A stretch of DNA of 64,000 bases from Octopus vulgaris (GCA_951406725.2 OX597815.1:9114001-9178000), one strand, 5' to 3'; positions 30,985 through 45,204 are shown, numbered from the stretch's first letter. Notes: generated by a model from the letters alone, not told the origin. A program made the numbers and translations.

Positions 30985-31183
30985 AGTTAATCCAAACAAG
31001 AAAGCACAAAAAAACACAACAACGTGAGGACGTGAAACAAATATAGTATTATTGGACTCTCAGGAAAGAAGGAGGGTTTAACGTTTCGAGCGGAGCTCTT
31101 CGTCGGAAACATAGGAGAAGGAAAGATCCAGAGAAGGGAAGACAGAGGGAAAAAAATCGCCAACGGTACACACGAGGTCACAT
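30985..31183 (-). mobile_element. Short PLE-derived repeat with a minimal HHR motif (31076-31110)
   Basis: gttt CCGACGA A gagc-tcc-gctc GAAAC GTT aaac on the - strand. Confidence 0.65.
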
Positions 31184-31729
31184 TATATATATATATATAG
31201 GAGAGGAAAAATTATAATAAGGTAGAATGCTAAATTGAAAGTAAATTTTAATAAGAATGGGTGTATGGAAAATTAAAAAAGAAAAAATAATAAATCAAAC
31301 CGGTTTTCATTGCAAAGCAAATTTTCAAGATTTGGAAGGGGAAAAGAAATTTTTTGAAATTGAGGAAGGGGAAAAAAGAAATTTACAATGTTTTTTTTTT
31401 AAAAATAATAAATATATACAAAAATTAATAAATTGTAGGGTCATTATGCTTTTAGAGTTCAATAATAGTCTTTGGAAAAATTTCTTGGGGGGATTAAGAT
31501 CCATGTGATTATAAGTGGTGCTTAGTTTAACGAGTTTGGTAAAAGAGTGTCAAAACGTTTGGAATTTTATGTATATAATATATATAATCATATATATATA
31601 AGTTCATTAAAGTTTAAATTCAGATGAATATGCTATTTAAGTTAAAGGCACCAGAATTTAGTATGGTATTATCCATATATTTCAAAACGGGGTGATTATA
31701 ATCAAAATAAGCAACAAGGATATCCAGAG

Positions 31730-32113
31730 GTAATGCAGAACGATCGTTTCATGCGACTCCATTTAATTGAACAATGCAAACATTACATCAATTTAAAATG
31801 TAGAGCAATCTTCAGCTGCATAAAAATATAGAATTTAGTTAAATTCGAAGGATTCATTTGTATAGTTTTCTTTTTATCCAAACCCCAAAGAGTAACTCAG
31901 TTACTACTATGAGGTTGTTGATAAAACATGTTCTTTGTCTATCAACTTATCCTCTTTGGTATTTGGATAAAAAGAAAACTATACAAAAGAATCCTTCGAA
32001 TTTAACTAAATTCTATATTTTTATTCAGCTGAAGATTGCTCTACATTTTAAATTGATGTAATGTTTGCATTGTTCAATTAAATGGAGTCGCATGAAACGA
32101 TCGTACTGCATTA

Positions 32114-32114
<1 letters not shown>
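31730..32114. mobile_element. Fold-back element with an HHR-like motif in each arm
   Basis: ~160-bp arms; - strand reads atgcag CTGAAGA..GAAAC gatc GTT ctgcat; base of stem II imperfect. Confidence 0.7.
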
Positions 32115-32155
<41 letters not shown>

Positions 32156-32499
32156 ATATAAATATATATGGGCAACAGACACGAACACACATACACACAA
32201 GTACGTACGGACACCTATTGCATGTTTTGTGCACGCATACATGTTCATAAACAGAAATGAATGGAAAAAATGTTGTTAAATTTGTAGATTAACACTCGCA
32301 CGATTTTCACTAAAGTATATATATACAATGATTATAAAATATAGTGTCTTTCAAAAACAAAACATTGTACATTTCATTTTTATGAACGTCATAACTTACT
32401 CTCTCTCTCTCTCCTTCTCTCACTTTGTCTTTCCCGTGAAACTCTCTGCCTCCTTCTTCCACTTTTCTTTATCTTGTTTTTTTTTGTTAGACGCCATCA

Positions 32500-32731
32500 A
32501 AAAAGCCAAGGCTGATATTTTTCGTGGCTAAAAGCTATGTCTGAAAATAGATATTTACGCTATCCACGGGCGCCTCGGGGAAAAATAAGTTGACAAAACC
32601 CAGATAGGATGTTGACAAATATCCTCCTAAAATTGGAGCGACATGCGTGCTAATTTGTGGACATGTATAAATTGCAATCACGTACACACACACACACACA
32701 CGCACACACATCCTCCCTTTTATAGATATGA
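32500..32731 (-). mobile_element. Helitron-type 5' end inserted into a Tc1 inverted repeat
   Basis: - strand A|TCATATCTATAAAAG followed by (TG)n; 3' end not located. Confidence 0.5.
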
Positions 32732-33412
32732 TAAATATTTAGGGGTGAAAAAAGTATTCGTACTCAACATAAATAACTGATAATCTGATTTAATACTTCA
32801 TAGCATAACCAATATTCAGTTCCACTTCAACCAATCTCTTCTTGTAGTTCTTAATCAATGACTCGCATATTTCTTTAGGAATTTTTCCCATTCTTCTTGA
32901 CAAATTTTCTTCAAATCTGCAATGCACGTTGGGGCTCTTGAATGAATTTTAATTTTCAAATAATGCCACAAATTTTCAATGGGGTTCAATTCAGGTAACT
33001 GGCTTGGCCATTTTAATGATTTTATATTGTGATCGACAATCCATTTTTTGGTAGACTTCCCCGTGTGCTTAGGATCGTTATCCTGATGTAAATAAAACCC
33101 ACCTTTCACAAAGCCGGAGATTTTCTACAGAGTCCCATAAATCATTGTTCAAATCATTGGAACAAACGAAAAAGTTCTAGTAAAAAAAAAATATTTTAAC
33201 AGTATTTTGTGGCATAGAAAATCATAAATTTACGAATACTTTTTTCACCCCTAAATATTTATAATTGTATATAAATTCCTTAGTTACTATAATTTATTAG
33301 TTTCTTTTGCATATTCTTTTGCTTATGCATGTGTATGCAAATAGTGTATTGGTATATCCCATTTATGTTCATTAGAATTTTGACATGTACGAATATTTAT
33401 TTTCCCCCACTG
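32732..33412 (-). mobile_element. Deleted Tc1 (DD34E) transposon with IR/DR-type ends
   Basis: QDNDPKH..WPSQ.PELNPIENLW with 34 aa between D and E; frameshifted KKRL..GYAMKY*; outer end TA|CAGTGGGGGAAAATAAATATTCG; inner repeats at 33231-33252 and 32741-32762. Confidence 0.88.
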
Positions 33413-33414
33413 TA

Positions 33415-33720
33415 TATATCCCCTACCCAGTTCAGGATCACAACACATAAATACACTGCAATATGATTTCTTTTCCTCAACAGGCTCTGCCCTATTTAAC
33501 ATTGTCCCGAAACAGATGAAAGAGGAAAAGGATTCCATTACCTTTAAACGGAATCTGGACAAATTTCGTCGAGGAATACCAGATAAGCCACCTATACTTA
33601 GATACAACTCACTCAACGAGAACTCCCGACTCGAATGGACCATGATACCACAAAACTTAACTTAAAAAGGGTTTAGAAAATCCTATCCTTAAGTTGGACA
33701 TGGCCTGGACCAATCTTTGG
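33415..33720 (+). mobile_element. CR1/Jockey-group LINE 3' fragment
   Basis: Translation SFSSTGSALFNIVP..FKRNLDKF..IPDKP. Confidence 0.7.
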
Positions 33721-34404
33721 TCGAAACACACACACACACACACACACACATATATGTATGTATTTATGTATGTATGTGTGTATGTATTTATGTATGCATG
33801 TATGTATGTGTGTATATGTGTGTGCATGTGTGTGTGTGTGTGTGTGTGTATCCCAGTTTGTATGATTGTGTATAGAAGAATATATTGATCAATGAAATTC
33901 CAACTTAGTCTGATTTTCACGTCTTATTATTTGCAATTTTTATAATCTTACAATTTTGCAATATTGAAATAAACTAGTACTTTCATGTGTTATGCAATCG
34001 TCAGGTTTATATAGTGACAGTCGAGTTCCACAATTGACAACTGCAGTGAAATGGTTGGTTTAACCTTTAAATGCCCTCTGATGGTTTCCAGCAGGCTGAA
34101 TCTTACGACTTATACTTTGATCAGTCAGCATGTGGCTTAGATGTCATGATTTGGTGGGCATATCAAGGGTTCTTTACTTCGACCGCACCTGAAGGAATAA
34201 TTGTTTGGCCATATTTTGGAATGTTGTAAACAACATTCTTGTTTTCATTGAATTCTATTGCTACTCCGGAAATTTTTTATATTTCAATCGAATCAATGTT
34301 CATTTGGTCAATCCTACTAACATCTTCCTGTCTCTTTTATTATTGTTGTTGTTAGTGGTGGCAGTGGTAGCACTAGAAATAATAGTAATACTTATTATTA
34401 TTGT

Positions 34405-34745
34405 GAAGGGGCATGGCTCAGTGGTTAGAGCGTCGAGCTTACGATTTCGAGGTTGTGAGCTCGAATCCCGGACCGGGCTGCGTGTTGTGCTCTTGAGCAA
34501 GACACTTTATTTCACGTTGCTTCAGTTCACTCAGCCGTAGAAATGAGTTGCGACGTCACTGGTGCCAAGTTATATCGGCCCCTTTGCCTTTCTCTTGGAT
34601 AACACTGGTGGCGTGGAGAATGGAGGCTGATATGCATGGGTGACTGCTGGTCTTCCATAAACAACCTTGCCCGGACATGTGCCTGGGCGGGTTACTTCCT
34701 AGGCGCAATCCTATGGTCAGTCATGACCGAAGAGGGGTCTCAGCA
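34405..34745 (+). mobile_element. tRNA-derived SINE, family 4-like head
   Basis: TGGCTCAGTGG A box, CTCGAATCCC B box, CTTGAGCAAGACACTT body. Confidence 0.75.
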
Positions 34746-34859
34746 ACTTATTATTATTATTATTATTACCATCATCATTACAATTATCATCGTTACTATA
34801 ATAGTCCATTTAGAACGGGTCTGAATTTATCAATAAAATTCTTTTCTCTGATATTTCTC

Positions 34860-35200
34860 TCAATTTCACCTGAGTTGTATAGTTTGTAGAATGGGAATAT
34901 CAGAAACCTTTTCTGACTACATGTTGCCAGATGATTGCTTAAAGGTGTCTAACGGACATCAGGTTCTCTAATTTGCTGTCGGTGCACACGTGAACGTTTC
35001 GATAATTCATTCTCAGTCTGACAAACGTATATCTCTTCACCATTCGGGCATTTGATGGATTTAATTAAATTTCTGCTTTTGCAGTTCATATTTGCATTTG
35101 TAGATTTTCTTCCGATTTTCGCATTCAAATATTGATCAGTATGTATGAACTGACACGTAGCATATCGATTATCATTTAGATACAATGAATGATTGGTCAT
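34860..35200 (-). pseudogene. Degenerate PLE GIY-YIG fragment
   Basis: NCKSRNLI..IKCP....YVCQT..L..R..VHRQQI, with stops. Confidence 0.7.
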
Positions 35201-35473
35201 TGTTAGGAGTGGCTGGGTGGTATATATTTTGCTTACTGCTTACGCAAGCACTTTTGTTAGCTGAAGCGAACAAGAGAAGACTTGAAGCTGTTTAACTCCG
35301 CCTTTGAGGGAAAAGATCGCCGTCAAGGTAAGCGGTCTTGTTTTTTCTGAGCTGGGTAGAATTATTGTGTCTTTTTTTTTACAGAATATTCTACCCAGCT
35401 CTGGTGCATTTTTGTTTAATCTTGGGCGGTGAATTTGTTGCTTGTTTAGCTCTCAAATTTAAAATCTTGAATT

Positions 35474-35558
35474 ACTGTACTGAAGAGGAGAAAATAATAG
35501 AGTGGAAATATGAGTTTACATTTCTCACATCTTTTTAACTTCGAAACGCGTATACAGT
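35474..35558 (+). ncRNA. Type I hammerhead ribozyme, canonical core
   Basis: actgta CTGAAGA ggag..cttc GAAAC GC GTA tacagt; palindromic ACGCGT stem III. Confidence 0.75.
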
Positions 35559-35760
35559 TAATCAAAGCCGGGTGGATTCGTTATTTTTTTCTCTTTACCT
35601 GCATGAGTAGTTGACTATTGCTATCTGGGTGATTTATTTTTTATAGTAGTGAAATAGTTAGTTTTAACTGCTATTTCTAAATTTCGGTATGTGGTGAAGT
35701 AAATTTTTGCTGAACCCTAATTATAATTATACTCATAATTATAGAATTATATATATATAT

Positions 35761-36165
35761 AGGCTTTGGAGTGGCTGTGTGGTAAGTAGCCTGCTTACCA
35801 ACCACACGGTTCCTGGATCAGTCCCACTGCGTGGCACTTTGGGAAAGTGTCTTCTACTATAGCCTCGGGCAGACCAAAGCCTTGTGAGTGGATTTGGTAG
35901 ACGGAAACTGAAAGAAGCCCGTCGTATATATGTATATGTATATATATATGTGTGTGTGTGTGTGTTTATGTGTCTGTGTTTGTTCCCCCAACATCACTTG
36001 ACAACCGATGCTGCTATGTTTACGTCCCCGTTACTTAGCGGTTCAGCAAAAGAGACCGATAGAATAAGTACTAGGCTTACAAAAAATAAGACCTGGGGTC
36101 GATTTGCTCGACTAAAAGGCGGTGCTCCAGCATGGCCGCAGTCAAATGACCGAAACAAGTAAAAA
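35761..36165 (+). mobile_element. SINE family 2
   Basis: Matches 16124-16530. Confidence 0.9.
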
Positions 36166-36621
36166 AAATATATCTATATATATGTGTGTGTGTGTGTGTA
36201 TGCGTGTTTTGTGTGTGTAAGTATGTTTCTGTATGAATCTGTATATATATTAGCATAAACATATAAGAAAGTATGAGAAAGTATGTGTGTATGTGTGAGA
36301 GTGGGGGAGAGAGGGGAATAAAGATCGATGGAGAAAGAACACAGTTTAGTGTGACAAACTGATAGATTTTCTGTACTTCACATTAACATTCTTACTCAAC
36401 TCCTACTCCATTACAATTTTCCACCTCTTATCTTGATTTACTCCTGTTTTAATTACAAACGAATTTGGAATCGATATTCTTTTGTTCATGCATTATACTG
36501 GGCTGCGTTTGCATCTCTTTGCGAAATTTGGTTAAGACTCATTGAGAAATGGTAACGTTGTTTCACGGCATATTAGTACTTATAGATACGGACAAATACT
36601 ATTTGTCCTTCTTATCCAAAG

Positions 36622-37135
<514 letters not shown>

Positions 37136-37992
37136 AATCGCTACGATTTAGTGAAAGTAATTTTAGCGAACTAAGAATTCACCTTGTATGGCAATTATTA
37201 CACTTTCCTTCGTCTTTACTCCCCAAATTCATGCTACCGGCCACTTCGAGATTTTCCTTATAAATACCTTATAACATAAATATTTTCTTCTGTTTTTGTA
37301 TATGTTTAAATCTTATGTTTGGCTGGTGTCAACGCAATGCAACTTCTGTACGGACGGCACTAATCTAGACGGAAACACGTGTCAAATGCTATCCTTTTTC
37401 TCCGAAAAACAAAACAAAAAACTGGACTATCTTTCTATCTTTTCCTTTATCGTATGCAAAATTACGAAACATTCTTTATTCATAAGATGCCCCCCTCATT
37501 CGAAGTCGGTTGCAACAGCCACTAGGCTTTTCGTTAATCGAAGGTAATAATATTAAACCAAGAATTTGTATTGAATGGCATTTAGTATATCTTCATACTT
37601 CTTTGTTGGCAAAATTCATGCCACTTACCATTTTGGGTTCATTTTCATTTTATCCATTCGTGCGCCCGCTCTTACACACACACACACCCACACTTCTCCC
37701 ACTTATTCGTATAAAACTCAGGATAAATTAGAATCTGAAACATCTATGAATGTAGATGAATCTTCATTCATTTATTTGAAAGTCTTTAGATATGAAGATT
37801 GCAGACGATTGAAAACATCTAGATGCTCTCTGAAGCCAATTATAGGACATTTTTACAATTGTTATCTCAACAGTTACAGGCTTTCAAATATATGACTGTA
37901 GATTTATCTACATTATAAATATTTCATTTACACACACACAACTTAAATTTGAAATAAAAACATGGTATGCAAGTTAAGTACACTTTACTTAC

Positions 37993-38111
37993 CTTAAAAT
38001 GGTGAACCATCCTACAATCTGATTTATCTGAGGTAAGTAAATGCTGTGAGCTAGCAAGGGTTTGGCTCCCGTGAAGCTTGTTTGTGCTAAGGCAAAGGCA
38101 TTTCCAAGAAT
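37993..38111 (-). CDS. Probable downstream exon of the lipocalin-like gene
   Basis: ttctttatatttctag|...AAG|gtaagt; 119 nt, phase 1 to 0; (D)SWKCLCLSTNKLHGSQTLASSQHLLTSDKSDCRMVHHFK; phase fits the 48416 exon. Confidence 0.5.
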
Positions 38112-38388
38112 CTAGAAATATAAAGAATCTTGATGTAACAGCAGTTTTGTTTGTCTACTCTCTATGTAATCTCAAGGTTTAAAACAAACATAATTTTCGG
38201 TTTAAAAAAACAAAAAAAAACAAACTTTTTTTTTAGACATTCATTAGTACAACATCCCCACTCCCCAAATATATGGCACACTAGGCATAACAACAACATG
38301 AACTTCCAACCCTGTTGTCTCTTGAGGTCTTGGGGTGAGACTTGGAGCCAACTTGTACAAATATAAAGCAAAAGTCAAACATATAATG

Positions 38389-38442
<54 letters not shown>

Positions 38443-38712
38443 GTGCTGCGCAACACATGGAAGATAAAGATTTTAGACAACAAACAATGCCCCAATGTTT
38501 TTACTCGACCTGTTAGAAATATCAATGGAATTTTCTTTAAGATTCTGTTATCATGAAACAAGGACACATTACATAATATAGTTCAACGTACGCTGTATCT
38601 GAATAAAAGATACAATGGTCACAGCTGGAACATCTTTGATCATAGACCGGCTGGAAAAGAGCTGGCCTGGGGCTGAATAATGAACACAAAAAAAAAACGA
38701 CAATGGCGACGG

Positions 38713-38960
38713 CACCACCACCACCGCCACCACCACCACCACCACCACCACCACCACCACCACCAACACCACCACCACCACCACCACCACCACCACCACC
38801 AACATCACCACTACCACCACCACCACCACCACCCACCACCACCACCACCACCACCACCACCACCACCACTATCACAACCACCACCACCACCACAACTACC
38901 ACAACTACCACCACCACCACCACCACCACCACTATCATCGACAACAACAACATCAACTAC
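38713..38960. repeat. (CCA)n microsatellite
   Basis: Read directly. Confidence 0.95.
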
Positions 38961-39217
38961 TACTACTTGGTCTCTTACAAAATATTTGGGCTGGATTTGA
39001 AGACAAAATGTTTGCTCTCTGAAAAAAACAAAGGTATATTGGATAATGTGGAATATTTCTGAATAAAAGACCGACATGACTCGATGTGTTTGGTAAGTGG
39101 TCTACTTGATTAGAGATGGTTCTAGATACAACAACGACAACATCAACCAAAATAGCAGACATGATCATCAGTGTAATATGTAGTGATAGCATTGTGTGAT
39201 GTTCATGAATTATTAAA

Positions 39218-39504
39218 ACACTCCGTCGGTTACGAAGTCAAGAGGGTTCTAGTTGATCTGACCAACGGAACAGCGTGCATGTTAAATTAACGTGCAAGTG
39301 GTTGAGCACTCCACAGACACGCGTACGCTTAACGTGGTTCTCAGAGGATATTCAGCGTGACAAGGCTGGCTTTTTGAAATAGAGGTTCTACTCATTTTTG
39401 CCAGCTGAGTGGACTCAAGAGGCACAGCGCACCTCCAGGAATTGAACTCTGGACCTTACAATCGTGAGTCGAATACTCCCAACAATTAAGTCACGCGCCT
39501 TCAC
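39218..39504 (-). mobile_element. SINE, family 4-like head with family 3 tail, degenerate
   Basis: Similar to 60417-60735. Confidence 0.7.
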
Positions 39505-39557
39505 TATTGAAAAATAACCACAGCGACATAACAATAGTTTATAAAAAAAATAAATAA

Positions 39558-40136
39558 ATGCGCCCTTTTAAAGCCTAGCCAGGCTCATGGACCCGGTTTC
39601 CCGGTTTCAATAGCGTATGTGTCCCCCAGCTGGACGGGACGACAGTCCATCGCAGTGTTACTCATTTTTGCCAGCTGAGTGGACTGGAGTAACGTGAAAT
39701 GAAGTTAAGTTAAGTTAAGTTAATTTTTGGCTCAAAAAGCAAAAAGCAAGGCCATGTAGGGGGACATGGAGTTATGTACAGGGAAGGTATTCATGCAAAG
39801 AGTTCAGGCCATTTCTGGTCAAGGGAGACTTTGAACCGAGCGGTCGTCGGCATCTTCACTATTTCGTCCGGCAGCTTATTCCACAGATCCGCAACCCAGA
39901 TGGAGAAAGCCCCTCTCCTTCGATTGAGATGAAATCGTCGTAGATAGAGCTTTTCGGAGTGACCCCGCAGCCGACGCACTGGAGCAGGAGTGAAGAACAA
40001 CTCTTTCGAGAGGTTACACTTTCCGCTTATGATGTGTTTTGCTCAAGAACACAACGCGTCGCCCGGTCCAGGAATCGAAACCACAATCTTACGATCATGA
40101 TGCTGACACCCTAACCACTAAGCCACGCGCCTCCAC
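39558..40136 (-). mobile_element. SINE family 4, split by a LINE insertion
   Basis: The two halves rejoin as GTGAAATGAAGTGTTTTGCTC, as in the intact copy near 59535. Confidence 0.82.
39705..40033 (-). mobile_element. 5'-truncated CR1-like LINE with an (AACTT)n tail
   Basis: LRGHSEKL..RRGAFS..V..WNKLP..FK..LD. Confidence 0.85.
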
Positions 40137-40509
40137 AACTGTAGTTTATACTGGTTAGTAATTCACCTCTTATAAGTTCTCTCTACTTAACTGCTGAAAC
40201 AAAAGCGTAGTTTCCATCGTTAGTTCAACATTGATTTCTAAGATGTATTTGGAGAGATGAGTACAGGATTATATAAACCCCAGCACTTCATTGGTGCCTT
40301 ATTTTATCAATTCCGTACGGAAGAAATGTAGAGCTGACCTTGATGAGATTCGGGTGTGAAGCGGTGTAACTAAATACTGTATTGCATTTTGCTTCTTACT
40401 CAAACCATTCGTAGTGTCAATATGGAACTAATTACCTCTACACTTTGAAACTTTGAAAGCTGTGTGTGCGAGCGCATGTGTATGAATGCATATATGTGTA
40501 TGTATGTAT

Positions 40510-40619
40510 GTATACACCTATATGTATATATAGGTGTATATATACACCTATATGTATATATAGGTGTATATATACACCTATATGTATATATGTATATATA
40601 GGTGTATATACACCTATAT

Positions 40620-40656
<37 letters not shown>

Positions 40657-40720
40657 TGTATATATACACCTATATGTATACACCTATATATATAGGTGTA
40701 TATATACACCTATATGTATA
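40510..40720. repeat. ~30-bp minisatellite of near-palindromic units
   Basis: Unit TATACACCTATATGTATATATAGGTGTATA. Confidence 0.85.
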
Positions 40721-40954
40721 TATACATATGTCAGTATATATATGTGTATATGTATATATGTGTGTATATATATAATATGCAGATAGGGTTAAAATCCAAG
40801 CTGTGTCCATTTGAAGGACATCTGCTTATTCCACTATTCCAAATCCGTATGTAGGTACCATATTTGCGTGAGGCATGCATAAGAGTTGAACATTCCGGGA
40901 AACAGTTTTGTCGAGTTAAGTGTATATATATCAAAACAGGAGTTTCTTTTTTTC

Positions 40955-41340
40955 CTTTTTATTCTTTTACTTGTTTCAGTCATTTGACTGCAGCCACGCT
41001 GGAGCACCGCCTTTAGTCGAGCAAATCGACCCCAGGACTTACTCTTTGTAAGCCTAGCACTTATTTGCCGAACTGCTAAGTTACGGGGACGTAAACACAC
41101 CAGCATCGGTTGCCAAGCGATGTTGGGGGACAGACACAGACACACACACACACAAATACACATACACACATATACGACGGGTTTCTTTCAGTTTCCGCCT
41201 ACCAAATCTACTCACAAGGCTTTGGTCGGCCCGAGGCTTTAGTAGAAGACACTTGCCCAAGGTGCCACGTAGTGGGACTGAATCTGAAACCATGTGGTTG
41301 GTAAGCAAGCTACTTACCGCACAGCCACTCCTGTGCCTAT
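40955..41340 (-). mobile_element. SINE family 2
   Basis: Reverse-complement match to 16124-16530. Confidence 0.9.
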
Positions 41341-41582
41341 AATTGGAAAAATTTTGGAATTATTTATTCCCTGTGACACATGTTTCATTTGCTAATAGGA
41401 GTTACAAAATTGTACATGGAGGAGAAACGTGTGATATTTCTTATTATTTAATCCTCTGATTGAAGAATTTCTAAAAGGAGATATATGTTTCTCCTGTATG
41501 TACAAATGTAACAAATGGAACATGTGTAATGGTGAATAAATAATACAATAATTTTTTCAATCTCCTGTTTTGATATATATAG

Positions 41583-41669
<87 letters not shown>

Positions 41670-41680
41670 CTATCTATATA

Positions 41681-41729
<49 letters not shown>

Positions 41730-41733
<4 letters not shown>

Positions 41734-42107
41734 ATTACGTTATATAATTAGGGTCCAGTAAAAAATTTACTTTACCACACACCGAACTTTTAGAAATAGC
41801 AGCCAAAAAGTTTAGCTATTTCCTCTACTATAAGAAAAGTCTCCCAGACAATGCATACTCAAAAATAATTCACGCAGGTATAGAGGGAAAAATAACGAAA
41901 GATCACACGTACATCGATTACTTGAGAACGCCGTTTCTGGATTCCCTTTATACCTGCGTGAATTATTTTTGAGTATACATTGTCTGGGAGACATTTCTTA
42001 TAGCAGAGGAAATAGCTAAAATAATTTTTTGGCTGCTATTTCTAAAAGTTCGGTGTGTGGTAAAGTAAATTATTTTACTGAACCCTAATTATATAACGTA
42101 GTGTTTT
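41730..42107. repeat. Fold-back element in (TA)n
   Basis: ~160-bp inverted arms; related to 14914-15136. Confidence 0.8.
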
Positions 42108-42203
42108 AAATATACCGTAAATAGTCTTTTTACATACTGAACACTACTTGGTAATGGTAAAATTAATTAATAATTAATTAATTAATCTTACCCTTTTATT
42201 ATT

Positions 42204-42287
<84 letters not shown>

Positions 42288-42392
42288 AATTTAAATAATG
42301 ATTGAGATAAATTGAATATTAATTTAATTAATATCAATTTAAAACCAGTAACCTAGCATATAAAAAATCTGAAAAATTAGAGAAAATTTTAA

Positions 42393-43210
42393 TACATGTG
42401 TATATTTAGGGCTAAAAACCACTAGGTGGACAGCCATATGCTAGAAGAAGATCACATAGTATCTAACTACAAAGAAAGAATGTTCTCCAGAGAAAATTCA
42501 GCGAACACCAGAACATAAGCCGGCAAGACAGATGAAAATTATATAAAAATCAGGAATTAATCGTATACCGATTTCGTCTATTACCGAATAAATTACTTAC
42601 ATAATCCTTCGTCCGTAGATTCATCAGTACGATCGTTCCAAATTCAATATAATTTGAAAATCTAAACACTAGTTTTCTGTAGAAAACCAGACACGTGCTT
42701 CGTTCTACCGATTACATTGGGGTTAATTTCAAATGTCTGAGTTCTGGCGCGCTAAATTCCGGAAACAATTCTGCAACAGATAAGTTACTGCAGTTAATGA
42801 TGCCTATTAGAGAGCATAATTATTTTAACATTTAAATAACGAGGGAGAGCGCGCCAGAACTCAGACATTTGAAATAAACCCCAATGTAATCGGTAAAACG
42901 TAGCAGGTGTCTGGTTTTATACAGAAAACTAGTGTTTTGTTTTTCAAATTATATTGAATTTGGAACGATCGCACTGATGAAGCTACGAACGAAGGATTAC
43001 GTAAGTAATTTTATTCGGTAATAGACGAAACCGGTATACAATTAATTCCTGATTTTTATATAATTTTCATCTGTCTTGCCCGCCTATGTTCTGGTGTTCG
43101 CTGAATTTTCGCTGGAGAACATTCTTTCTTTGTAGTTAGATACTATGTGATCTTCTTCAAGCATATGGCTGTCCACCTAGTGGTTTTTTAGTCCTAAATA
43201 TACACATGTA
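42393..43210. mobile_element. Large fold-back element with an HHR in each arm
   Basis: ~360-bp arms; - strand 42561-42632 reads tcgta CTGATGA atcta..tagac GAAAT cg GTA tacga; + strand copy at 42969-43041. Confidence 0.78.
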
Positions 43211-43268
<58 letters not shown>

Positions 43269-43285
43269 ATATATATTTATATATA

Positions 43286-43345
<60 letters not shown>

Positions 43346-44083
43346 AATGGAGAGTGTGAACACTGAAAAATCAATTTATTTATATAACAGTCAATTTCAT
43401 GTCACCTATGCATGTTTCAAATGCTTACCTTTGTTCATATTTTACAATTAAATTTGCATTATGAATTTAAAAGGTAAAAATCTCTTCAGGGAAAAATTGA
43501 CATATATTCATTTACATCCTAATGGATGGATGTAGCGTTATTTACAGACTGAATAGCAGCATGTGTGTGTGTGTGTGTGTGTGTGCGTGCGTACGTACGT
43601 GCATACGTGGGAGCATGTGTGTCTTTGGATTCCGTTCTAAAAATAGCTAGAGGTTAAACTACGACCACAGTAGGCAATGGTTAGTTGCAGTCTTGAATAA
43701 CAAGGTCATACTACTATCAACCCTTAATGGAATTTAGATAGTTTTCTTTTAGAGGTTGGCTACCACTTCTTTCCCTACTCACTTGCCAAAAGAATAAAAA
43801 ATAAAAAATGTACATTAGGAAGTATCCAAATCTATCTATATATATATTTACTTATTTATTTAATTTCTACTTATTTAATTGTGAGAATTTCAATTTTTCT
43901 TACAAAGTTTTATTTATTTAGATGTATTAGTCTTATTTTTGATAGCTTGAGTTATTATATATATATTTAGTTTAATTAATTTTTATACATTTTAATGGGG
44001 ATATGATTCACTATGTATCACATGTGTGGAGTTAGATTATTTTCAAATGGTGAGAGTAAATTTCACCTTATGATCTGTTTCTA

Positions 44084-44285
44084 TACTCTTTTACTCTTTT
44101 ACTTGTTTCAGTCATTTGACTGCGGCCATGCTGGAGCACCGCCTTTAGTCGAGCAAATCGACCCCGGGACTTATTCTTTTGTAAGCCCAGTACTTATTCT
44201 ATCGGTCTCTTTTTGCCGAACCGCTAAGTGACGGGGACGTAAACACACCAGCATCGGTTGTCAAGCAATGCTAGGGGGACAAACA

Positions 44286-44357
<72 letters not shown>

Positions 44358-44530
44358 CTACATATATACGACAGGCTTCTTTCAGTTTCCGTCTACCAAA
44401 TCCACTCACCAGGCATTGGTCGGCCCGGGGCTATACTATAGCAGAAGACACTTGCCCAAGATGCCACGCGGCGGGACTGAACCCGGAACCATGTGGTTGG
44501 TTAGCAAGCTACTTACCACACAGCTATTCC
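44084..44530 (-). mobile_element. SINE family 2
   Basis: Reverse-complement match to 16124-16530. Confidence 0.9.
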
Positions 44531-44681
44531 TTCTATGTTTATTTTAATTCAATCATTCACGGAGTGTTCATTTAAGTATAATTTATTATTTAAAATTATA
44601 TATATAAATATATATATAATGGCGGTGCCCCAGCATGGCCACAGCTCATTAGCTGAAACTGGAAAAATCAAAATCAATCAA

Positions 44682-45008
44682 ATATGAATTTTTTGCGTAT
44701 TGAGATAAAAAACCAAGGCTGTATAGATATTAGAGCATTTATAGATAAAAGGTCTTACAGCTGTTTCTAGAATATTAATTAATAATAATATCTCATCATC
44801 GGAGACGGTGTGAGAGGAAAAGTTAAGTCATAGTTAGTTTCCATAGTCACTTAACTATGACTTAACTTTTCCTCTCACACCGTCTCCGATGAAGGGATAT
44901 TATTATTAATTAATATTCTAGAAACAGCTGTAAGACCTTCTATCTATAAATGCTCTAATATCTATACAGCCTTATGTTTTTTTATCTCAATACGCAAAAA
45001 ATTCATAT
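44682..45008. mobile_element. Fold-back element with a variant HHR in each arm
   Basis: gtct CCGATGA A..GAAAC agct GTA agac at 44882-44936; mirrored at ~44752-44806. Confidence 0.72.
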
Positions 45009-45143
45009 ATACACACGCTGACATAGAACCAACGTTGAACCCTTTATTCGCAATATTAACGAATCTGGAACTTAACTATAGTCTGTCTATAGCACTTATT
45101 CAGCATTACTTGACAGCTTTGGGTCTCAATGACACCATTATTT

Positions 45144-45204
<61 letters not shown>

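Noticed and set aside
38537-39077. Poly-Pro/Thr/His/Gly ORFs
   Set aside because: (CCA)n microsatellite
43405-43492. HHR-like CTGAAGA..GAAAC on the - strand
   Set aside because: Stem III mismatch and only a 2-bp stem I; probably decayed
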